A stretch of 64,000 nucleotides of DNA from Eledone cirrhosa (lineage: Eukaryota): positions 278,876,001 to 278,940,000 of the forward strand of contig OZ024740.1 in NCBI GenBank assembly GCA_964016885.1, in the 5' to 3' direction. This document shows positions 39,717 to 52,009 of the stretch, piece after piece. Made by a program: the position numbers and the translations under genes. Position 1 is the stretch's first letter, and each line of letters starts with the position of its first letter. The notes beneath the pieces were generated by a model. The model worked only from the letters and a program-made list of their open reading frames with translations, did not search any database and was not told where the DNA came from.

Positions 39717-42700
39717 AGAGAATGAAAGGGGGAACAAGTAGTAAAACCCGTGTTTCATTCCAGAACTACTCTCAATAATGTCTAGCATAATAATGTATGG
39801 GGTCAATAAAATAAAGCACCATTTGTAATTATAGCAATATCAAATATTTGAAAATCTAAATCTTTAATTTTGACAGAAACTAATATCATCATCATCAATT
39901 ATTTTACAGCCAATTTTCTATGCTAGCATGCTTTGGACGGGTCATTACAAACCAAACTGGTACTTAATCAAAGCTACTGTCCTGTATGACCAGCCAGGGA
40001 CCACAACTCGCTTACATACCTTCCAGTTTTAACATGTAAATAAATGTTACCGAAACCACGAAGAGCCTGTTTCATGGCATTAAGTGGAGCAGAGAAAAGT
40101 CCCAGTTATAATGCAGTGAAGCTGATAAAAAACTACACCATAACATAAAGACACAGCTCTAATGATGTCACTAACAATAAAACTAACAATCTAGCTCATA
40201 GTAGTAACATTTAAAAGTACATCAAGGCCAATTCATCAGAAGGCTTAAGCCACAAACCTTTTAACTGCTTCCCTAAGCTCTGCTTAGATATTTTCTCTGG
40301 CTTTTTATTGAAAAAGTTTCTGATGTCAGCATTTTCACCATTCTCTTCAGCCTTACTTTGTTCATCATTATTTTCATCACAACTGTTCTTTACTGGAGCT
40401 AGAATGAATATAGAATTTTCTTTTTAATATAAATATAAATAAAACAAAGAATGCTTGAAGCATCTACCTTTATTATCACTAAGCCAATAAAGTAAACTCT
40501 ACATAATCACTCAAGTTGCTAAAAATAAATGCCAAATCTCCCTTCTTAGAAAACTGGAAGAGCACATTGGTCGATATAGTCCATGATAAACAGAAAAACA
40601 GAATAATTATAGCTGTAACACCTTTGATCATAAATCTGTTCAATCAGGGTTGACTTAGAGATAAACAGCAACAACCTTCTTTGTTTCGGTAATAAATACC
40701 TTGCCACTCCACCACCATTCATGTTACAACTATATTTTAACCCTTTAACATTTACATTACTCTATATAAACTATGGTATTTTTAGGTTAAGGCTTTTACC
40801 TCACATAGTTATCTCACATAATATCGAATCTATGACATTTTGATATTATTTATTTTGAGAACAATACCTTAACATCAGTATGAGCAGCCAGTTTGAACAG
40901 AAAGAGGTGAGAGAATTCTGGCCAGATACGGCTGGTTTAAATGATAAAGGGTTAAACTACATTGGGCAGGGTTCAATAAGTCTGTAGCATATTCAAATAT
41001 TGCATTAAAAAAAATTTACAATCATCAAAATATCTCAACTATAAATTATTGTAGTTAAAAATATCTAATTTAAAAGGTATTTTGTGTGGTAAGTTCCCTC
41101 TAGATAAATAATAGATTCAACGGTCTTTAACCTATCAAGGGTTTTTAATCTTACATGAGTAACGGCCATTTTACAACTGCTACTGCTTGACCCTATAAGA
41201 AATAATACCCAAATATAGTTCAAATTTCCCATCAAGGTTAAAATGTAAAGGCCCTACAATGATTTTGTGCCATTATTCTGCTACAGGTTGCCAATGTATG
41301 TAACATGACATCCACTAAGCCTTCCCACATCACGCAGGATTAACTTTGATGCTTTTTTTAAACATCTTTGATCATAGGCCTAAACAATCAGAAGAAAACC
41401 TTCTCGATATACATTTGATATGCCAACATATGTGTATATTTTATACAAATTAATGCATCCAAAACTTTCAGTGCATTTTGTACATTGAATCATTTCCAAT
41501 AATATAATTGAAAATACATATTTTCTTGTCCCAAGAAAATATCTTTAGGGAAAAAAAAACAATTTGAGAATGTTCATCTAAATTATGTTCTTGTTTAACT
41601 CTAAGTTAGTCCAAATTGAAGTTGAAATTTCACACAGGGTGATCATGATTAGAACATTACTTATTTAGACCAGGTTCCATCAAGGCTAAGATGGGAAGTC
41701 CCAACAAGGATACCAGGCCAGTATCCTGCTTCAGGTTGTCAATGTATGTAACATGATATCCACCAAACTTTCCCACTGATTCAAGTGACCTATAATCAAA
41801 AGTGTGCCAGGCATGACCATCTCTAGGATAACTAATGCAATCATCCTTGATTAAAAGCATGTCAGCTGTGACCATCATGTCGTTTTGTATGTTAGAGACT
41901 ACAATGTCAAATTTATCATTTAATTACACAGGCAGGGTGTGATATCAGTGAGATTTCAGTTATTTCTAGCAATTATGAAGAAGCTCTCTCATTGGTTCTA
42001 TTATGTTTTATATACTAGTAAATACAGCAACTTTGTTAACTCAGTTTTTACATGCTTTCTTAACCCTTTAGCATTTACATTACTCTATATTTACTATTGT
42101 ATTTTCATGGTAAAGACTTTATCTCACATAATATCGAATCTATGAAATTTTGATATTATTTATTTTAAGAACAATACCTTAACATCAGTATGAGTGGCCA
42201 GTTACGGTCGGTTTGAATAGAAAGAGGTGAGAGAATTCTGGCTGGATACAGCCAGTTTAAATGCTGAAGGGTTAAAGAATCCAAAATGTATTTAAGGAAT
42301 CATCATGAATAAAAATTTATAGAAAAGGTTTTAAAATAGAAGAAAGTTGACTGTAAAACTACTTACACAATGAATGTGAAATGAGATGTGTGTTGTTGCC
42401 CACAGATAAAATGTCCTGTCCATTTATGCTTTCAGAGGGATCTATCAAATTAGTGTCATGTAAACTATCTTTCGTAATATCTGAGAGGGTATGAAGATCA
42501 TTTGGTTTTAAAGGAGATGAGAATAGAGAGTTTTGTGAACTCTTCTCTGTTTCTTTTTGTTCTGGTTTTAGAGAAGGAGTTTCAATTTGATCCTTTCTTA
42601 TTTGTGTGAAAGAAGGACCGGAATCACAGAAGGCTTCTCTCCAGCCCTCACCAAGGCGTTTACAAAGATCATTCACAATTATGTCTCCGTCCCCTAGCAA

Positions 42701-45700
42701 TTCTACATCAAAGGTCATATGCTTCAAAGGTTCTCTATTGATGAGAATCTGGGGTACATGAGCAGGAATGTAATCTGGAAAAAGAAATAATTACAGTCAA
42801 GCAAGAACAAACAAAATAACACACTTTAATTGATGACAGAAATAGACACATGGTCATTGTTTTTGGTTGCTGTTGTTTTTTTTTATAAAAGTAAACAATT
42901 TACAATAAAGATAACATTATAGTTTGAAAATTAATCAAATTAAAATATTTGATAACAATAGCAGTTACAAAACATACAGCTATACTTAATCAGTTATTAT
43001 TCTAAAGTCTGTCTCAAGCCAGAAAGCTTATCAGGCTGGTGCCTATTCTGGTTTCATACAAGACTTCCCCTGGAGAGGATGCCAGTCCATCGCAGGGTTA
43101 AACTCCCAGCTATTGCTGGTACTCATTTTCAGCTGAGAAAACCGGAACATGAAATGAATTGTTTTGCTCAAGAACACAACACAATCTAGCCCAGGGTAGA
43201 CTGGGTGGTTTTTGTTGTCACCAGTACAACCACCTTACAGAGTAGGCTGCGTACTTTTTTATCGAGTCATGTCACCAGCATGACCACCTTACAGGGTGTA
43301 CTGAGTGTATTTTTCATGTCACCAGCACAATCTCTATACAGGAGTGACTGGGTTTCCTATCATGTCACCAGCACTAACATTCTGCCTAAATAATTACACT
43401 TTTTTTCATTACAGCGCAAAATAATTTATTCCACTTTGCAAGTTTTTTGTATACACTATATATAGGCTCCTATCTGTCTCAAAACCAAAAAGGTGATAGA
43501 CATTGCTAGAATGCCTTTGACCATAGGTCTGCCCAATCTAAACAACTTCAACAATAATTTGTCTTATTATATAGACATAAAACACTGCCAAACTGCAGAT
43601 GAAGACAATGAATTCAGTACATTATATCAGCCACCATACTTGACTAATTGCTGCATTTATATTGAGCCAAAAAAAAGTAGCCTCTTCATGGTCAATCAAC
43701 TTGGTTAAATGGCAGCTAAATCTCCTTCAAACCACACACTGCCATCATAAATTGGAAAAGAGCAAATTAGATAACGTAGTCCTATAGGTGGCAAACTGGC
43801 AAAGTCATTACAACATATGACAAAATGACTTGCAGTATTTATTCTGGCTCTCTGCGCTCTGAGTGTAAATCCCACAGTAAATAAAGTCCTAGTCAAGAAT
43901 GATGGATTGGTAGAATTGTTAAGAGTCTCTGATGTCTTGTGGTAGAGTTTAGATGCATTATGATATGACTGATTCTTTGCATTTGTGTGGTAAATTCAAT
44001 ATGGCGTCTGGTTCAATACTACCACTTTGTCCTTGTAAATAAAAGAACAGATGTGTATATTGATGTGCCATGTAATGAAGTCATGACTAATATTTCAAGC
44101 AAGACCTTTCACTGAAGAGGAAATTTTTAAAATATTCCCTGAAACAACTAAAAAATAAGTTTCATTTAAAGACTCACTGGGAATCAGAGCAACTGGTCGG
44201 ACTTTCATTGACGAACCAATTACAATTAATAAATCACATTGTTCTTTGTCCTCTGCCATCTGATGGTGAAAATGTTCAGGAAGGTTCTCTCCAAAGAAAA
44301 CGATATCAGGTTTCATGATTGCAGAAGAATATTCTGAGGGGCATACTTGACATCTAGGAATTACCTGTTTTTAACAAAAGCATAAATAAAAATCAACACT
44401 TAGCAAGAGATATACATAAAATTACAATAGATAAAACTTATTATTTGGTATAGCAGTGAAAATAGAAGACTTTCAATATGAAAGATAGAATGAGAGCTAT
44501 AGAATATTCTAAATGTGTAAGAAGAATTTGAGAAAAAAATAAGAAAAAAATTTAACTTAAAACAATTAAGAATTGAAGAGTTAATGAGTATTTTGTAAAA
44601 GTATAAAACTGAAGATGAGATAACTGGGGGAAGAACTGTTATCAAAGATTACATAGTTAAGAAGTTCATTTTGGAATCACATGCCACTGGGTTTGACCTC
44701 CTCATTGCATGGCATATTGGGTAAGTTTCTTTTATCATAACCTCATGTCAATCAAAACCATGCAGATGAAATTTGTTTGGCAGATGGACACATTGTGCAT
44801 CACTATCATCATCATTAAATATCCGTTCCTCTACGCTGACATGGGTTGGACAGTACTTAATCAGAGCTACTGTTTTCCCAGACAGGCTGAGGACCAGGTT
44901 TCACTCACATATATTCTGGTTTTGACATAATTTCTATAACTGGATGCCATTCATGTCATCAATCATTTTACAGAGCGTACTAGGTGTATTTTATCATAGC
45001 ACCAGCACTAAAGAGGTTGACATCTCCTTCACACAACTGAAGAGTCCTCTTAACCCTGTATAAGTACAAGTTCATAAGATAAACATTCAGAGAGAACTCA
45101 TTAAAAGTTATATATAGATATATATAAACACAACTGCAGAGCAATTATTTATTTGAACAGATTATAAATTTAAGCACAGAATCTCTGCTTTCACCCTTTC
45201 AACTGAACAGAGAGAGCGCCAACACACTGAATAAGAAGACTGAGATTAAGACAAACATTTAATCAGTTAGAGATTCAACAATGACTATTAATTAAATTAT
45301 TAATAGCTTCATTCCACTAAGATTTTACACCAATGAAAGGGTTAAAACTGTTTTGTTTTCAACTTGGTAATATAAAATTTTAATATAAGTTTGAATGGAA
45401 TAGAATTGTAAATAATATCTAGAACTAATTTTTTTTACTGTATCATACCATCCTTAATAAAAATGACTAACCTGGTTGAATATATCTTCTCTGATTGATG
45501 CTGCACTAACTTTACTGTAGCAGTTCATGCATGTCGCAGTCGCAAAGGAACCTGTACCAAAGAATAAATCAATAAAATAAAATTTCTGATTGAAATAATT
45601 CTCTTAAAAGTCTCGAGGTTATTCAAACACTAGATAAAAAGGAAAGGAGCTGATTGTCAGATTGTACCAAGGAAACTATGTTTGCATCGATTGTTCTTTC

Positions 45701-48700
45701 CGTTATTGATATTATTTGCCGACCTAAATCCCATGGCTTTTGCAGGCACTTCGAAGATCAGTTAGAATGATGCAGTTAATGAACCCTTTAAATAGTTGCA
45801 AGTTGACAGCTGCATGAAAAATATGTACAGGGAGGAAATTCCAAGGAGCTAACATTCTGAGGGGGAAGTACGGGGTGAAGTGATTCATGCAGGTCACAAG
45901 GGGAGGTGGATAAAATAAGGGTGATGAGAAGAAGAGAGAAAAGTAAGTTGCCCAACCAGCTCCAAGAAACAAAAGCCAATATAATAGCAATAGAAAAGTC
46001 TGTGTTAAGCTAGAAGTTGACGTGTTTGTGGAAAGTGACTTCAATGCCAATCAGCTGGATAATTTTTCTTCAGATACAGTATATGCTGTCTATATATATG
46101 AAGGCGCATAGCTTAGTGGTTAGAGAATTGGATTCACATTCATGAACTTATGAGTTCAATTCCAGGACTGGGTGATGTGTTATGTCTTTGAGCAAGACAC
46201 TCCTGCTAGGAGTTGCAAATAGAAAAACTATTGGAAACATTGTTTCCTTAGTCCAATTTAATGAGCTACACCCCATTCGATAAGCGAATGAGGTCTGGGA
46301 TCTTGTCAATCAATCTCTTTCGTTTTCATATATGCAGTAGTAGCACTGTCTCCAAAACAAAATTCAGATCATTTCTATTGTACAATACTTTACTTATAGT
46401 GAAATATTAACAGGAAGGTAATTATCACTTAGAGCTAGATTTCTTTTAAATGTTGGGGAGATCATTATACAGTATGTAAACATATTTGTGTACACACTGA
46501 TGCATGTTTTTTTAAGTGGTTTCTTGGTAAATATGAACTTAATATGGCCCCTTCTCAAAAAATTATTTTTCACTCATATACAGGTAAAATTCTGTTATAA
46601 CAAATTTTTTTTCAATCCCCAGCCACACATTCTGTGTTAGGTTATCATTACAATAAATTTTTTTTTATACACCATGAATTTCGTCATAACGGAATTTCAC
46701 TGTATTTAAGTTTGAATATTCAATCATGTTACTTTTTCTCTTTTTTTGTCATAAATATGCAAAAGTAAGCAACACACACATACACTGCTTCAAACAGACA
46801 CCCATAAATGCATGCATGTACAAACTCACAGCTACCCAACAACTGAGCCTCTGTGCAGTCACTCAACCTGCTAGAAATAGCAACTAAATCTGCCTCAAAT
46901 CACACACTACCATCTTTAACCCTTTAACATTTAAACCGGCTGTATCCGCCCAGAATTCTCTCACCTCTTTCTGTTCAAACCGGTCATAACCAGCTGCTCA
47001 TAATTATGTTAAGGTAGTGTTCTCAAAATAAATAATATCAAAATCTCATGGATTCGATATTATGCGAGATAATTATGTGAAATAAAGCCTTTACTTCGAA
47101 AATACAATAGTAAATATAAAGAAATGTAAATGCGAAAGGGCTAAAAAAAAAAGGAAAGGATACATTATACAATATAGTCCTGGATTTACAAAATGATAGG
47201 ATGATCATAGATAGGTATGCTTGATAGGTATGCTTGATTAGTGTTGACTTGGAACTAAACAACAAGACAAAGAAAAACCCACACACACATTATAATACAG
47301 AAGATAATGTTGACAGCAACAATCAATTTTTTAAGTCTGTCTCAAGACCGGGTGTCCATCAGACCGGTGTTTTTCCTGGTTTCCGTGATATTAAGTGACT
47401 TAGAGTACAAGACACCCACTAGACAAGATGCTAGTCCACCACTGGGTTAAACTCCCAGCTATTGCCTGTACTCATTTTCAGCTGAGTATACTCGAGCAAT
47501 GGGAAGTGAAGTGTTTTGCTCAATAACACAACACACAACCCCGTCCAGGAATCGAACCCACGACGTTATGATTCTAAGTTCAATACCCTTACCACTAGGC
47601 CACGCGCCTCCACACCTCAATTGTACAGGTCACCTCTAAATACTGTGTGTGAAATTACAAAGATAAAAATATTCAGCCCAAAACACACAGGATGTACAAG
47701 AAAAAGAAAGGCAAATTCAACTAGACACTTACCATGACACTGGATAACCTTTTTGATGCCAGCTTGCTGTTCCAGAGTATCAATGTTCTGGGTGTAATTA
47801 TGAAGTAAGCGATTATGGTCTTCAATTAATTTGATAAACTTGTGGCACTTTGATGGTTCAAATTGACCGGGATAAATTTCCTGAAGGGTTACAATGAAAC
47901 AGTCATTACTCAGACAGAATAAAAATTATCTTTTTTTTTTATCTATTTATTTATTTGTTAACATTTTGTTTTACTGTGTTATTTGTCAATTAAGAAAAAT
48001 GAGAAACTATAATAAATGTTTAGACTAATAAATCAAGATGAAATAATACATAATGTGTTGATTAGCTGCTTCAGTTTATAAATGGGATTTGATTTTTGCC
48101 CATTTCTGAGACATAAAATTGGAGGTTGGCTTATATTCAAGCATATATGGTAAACATTAAAAAAAAAATTAATAAATGCCTGAAAAATTAATGAAAATTA
48201 ATAAATGCTTGTTAAAAAAAATTTTTTTGAATTTTGAATTTTTTTTTAATCAGGCATTTATTTAATAATTAATGGTGACAGTTTTATAAACAACTACTCA
48301 TTTGTATTCTTTACTCCTTTCCTCCTTCACCAGAGCTTGCCATCCAATGAACCCCTCAACCTTCCCTTCGTCTGCAAGTGCCCAAGGAGGTAGTAACGTC
48401 CACTTTGAGAATCACAGATATAATGTAATGTCTCCTAGGCCCCAATGGTCTTTTAACTCTTTTGATACCAACTCAGTCAAAACCAGCCCTGGTTCTATAA
48501 AAGAAACCACCCATTTCAAACAATTCCTCAATAAATTTATAACTTCCAGCATGATATTATACAAGAACTATGTGTTAAGTTATTATATTAGGAACAAAAT
48601 AATTAATCATTTGAGTAAATCCTTCAAAATTAATTAATAGAAAGAGAGTATATTTCATTTTAAATAATCATGAAAGAGTTATGGGCTGGTACTTAACTCT

Positions 48701-51700
48701 GGTTGTATTACATTAACCCTTTAGCATTTACATTACACTATATTTACTATCATATTTTCATAGTAAAGGCTTTACCTCACATAATATTGAATCTGAGATT
48801 TTGATATTATTTATTTTGAGAACAATACCTTAACATCAGAATGAGGGGCCGGTTACAACCGGTTTGAATAGAAAAGATGAGAGAATTCTGGCCAGATATG
48901 GCCGGTTTAAATGCTAAAAGGTTAAGCAAAAAAAAAAGAGAAAATTCTCACTAGACACAGTCTATCTCAGTTAAATTAAACAAGGCCTATAGAATAAAGT
49001 GTACTGTCTAATCACCGTGTTTAAATACTCATGTGACTGATCAGCAATACATGAAGACCAATCTAAGGTTTGTTTTGAATAATAAGCCACTTGATGATGT
49101 TAAATTAACGCCCTTAGAAACAACCAACAAACATATAACCCAGAGTACATAGACCAAACTACACACCCAATCAGTACCAATAATCAACCTCATCTGTATT
49201 GTTATCATGATGTCCATTTTTAAAGCCATCAACCAAAACAAATAATAAATTACTAATTAACATAATTTTTTACTATAGGCACAAGGCCAGCAATTTAAAT
49301 GGGAGGGAAAAGTCCATTAAATCGACGCCAGTGCGTTACTAGTATTTCATTTTATCGATCCTGTAAGGATGAAAGGCAAAGTTAACCGCACCGGGATTTG
49401 AACTCAGAACGTAAAGGGCCATAACTCTATGCTAAAAAGCATGTTGTCCGACGCTCGACCGATTCTGCTAATCCAATGCTTTCTAATTATTATCTAATGA
49501 ACCAATAAGCAAATTGATCAATTACTGATTAATCGACCTTTCCTTATCAGTTGATACTCATTATCTCTATAATGTATTTATGTTTTGTGATAAGAAAATG
49601 TGCATTATAATCAATTGTAGGCAATATGTCATATTTCATAAATAATCACAATTATGGAGCTCCTAGTTGAAAATACATAACTAAATTTGGTTGATTTTAA
49701 AAAGGCTGCAAGAAATTGACACTTGTTTGAAAATGGTGAATTTTTATAAGTTAAAAGTTCTAGTTTCGGTAAGATATGAGGAATCATTATTACTGGAAAA
49801 ATTTTTAATACCTTAAAACTCTTTATAATTAATTAATTCCTTTTTTAAAATATTAATTAAACACATATCTTCTTATGTACGTATGAAAGTCTTTCTTCTA
49901 CTTTGACATCCTTTCACCAACTGAGAGTTACGCCCCTTGGACAATCACAAATAATTTCCACCAATGCAAATCAGTGCGTTTGAAAACCAGGAACAGTTAT
50001 ATTACACTGGTGGGATAAATTGTGTGTCCTAAGAAATAATATATGTTTCTTATGTATTTCTACACGTAGAATCCTTTGTGTTTCCTGAATTTCTCAGTCA
50101 GCTACGGTTTTCTTGCTTCAAAACAATAATGGTTGATTATCAAAACTTATTAATCAGCAAAAATCAAGCAAATACAATTTATTGGCAAAATAGCCAATAT
50201 GGCCTAAGCTGATTATCTGCCAATTAATCGGTACAACGCTAGTTCAGAATTTAGGCACAAGGCCAGCAAATTTTTGGTGACAGAAAAATCGATTATACAG
50301 ATCTCAGACTGGTACTTTTATTGGCCCCAGAAAGATGAAAGATAAAGTTGACCGCAGCAAGAAATTAATTCAGACCATAAAGGCATGTAGCTAAATATAT
50401 ATGCATGCATGCATGCACTCATGCGCTGCAAGCAATGCATTGAACTAGTGCTTATCCCGGTTTTATGGCGTGAAGCGACTGAGAGTAAAAAACTTCCCCC
50501 TGAACACGACGCCAGTCCATTGCAGGGTTAAACCTCCAGCTATTGCTGGTACTCATTTTCAGCTCAAGAATCCCGCAACATTATGATCATAGGTCCTACA
50601 CCCTTAACACTAGGCCACATGCATTTGGCCTGGCAATCCACAAATTCAGCCATCCATCATCCTTATCATATAATAATAATAATAATGATGATCTGACAAA
50701 AAACACAAGGTCTCAGAGTTAAGGGATGGATATAGTCGATTAAATCAACCTAGTATTTCAATGGTACTTTATTATACCAATCTCCATAGGCAAAGTTAAC
50801 CTCAACAAGAGATGAAATCAGAATATAAAAGGCTGTAACTAAATACTGCAAAATATTTTGTCTGACACTTCAGCCAATCCAACACCCAATAATCATAATA
50901 ATCATAATAATGATAACAATAAAGACTAACAATAAATTACTAATCAACATAATTGTTTCTACTATAGGCACAAGGCCAGCAATTTGGGGAGATGGGAAAT
51001 TCGATTAAATCGACCCCAGTATATTACTGGTGCTTTATTTATCGACCTGGTAAGGATGATAGGCAAAGCTATCCTCTGCTGGATTTGAAATCATAATAGT
51101 GATGATAATAATAATTGTTTCTACTTTTTGGCACAAGGCCATAATAATTGTTTCTACTTTAGGCACAAGGCCAGCAATTACCCAGTGCATTACTGGTACT
51201 TTATTTTATCGACCCCCGTAAGGATGAAAGGCAAATCAACCTCGGCGGGATTTGAACTCAGATCGTAAAGGGACGTAACTATGCTGGAAAGCATGGCGTC
51301 CGACCCTCTACCGATACTGCCAATCCACCATAATAATGGTTTCTGATTTTGGCACAAGGCCAACAATTTTGTGGCAATGAGACTGTCAATTAAATCAACC
51401 CTAGTTTGTTACTGGTACTTTATTTTATCGACCCTGTAAGGATGAAAGGCAAAGCTAACCTCGGCAGGATTTGAACTCAGAACGCAAAGCATGTTGTCTG
51501 ACACTACCGATACTGGTAATAATAATACTAATGACAATGATTTCTTTCTTAGCCACTAGGGCCCACAATAAAAATAATAACAATGCAAGCACCACTAACT
51601 TTGGCAAACTTAAAGAATGGCCGAGGATCATTCCGGAAATAATGAATGTCGAACATTGCTTGAGGATCAGGTAGATCTGGAAAGTCAACTGCTAATCTAG

Positions 51701-51941
51701 CATAAATACCATTACGTGACCGGAAATCTGGAATACCACAGGATACAGAAACCTGCAAAAGATACAATATAATTTCAAAATATTTGAAAACAAAAACAAA
51801 ATATAAAGATGTAACAAATAATTTAGTCATCTAAATATTGCAGAGTTGCCTTTCTAAGATATAATATGTGAAAAAAATGTGATCAATAAATCTTTGATTG
51901 GGGGAAAAAAAATTATACTGCCATGACTAAATCTGTGTGTG

Positions 51942-52009
<68 letters not shown>

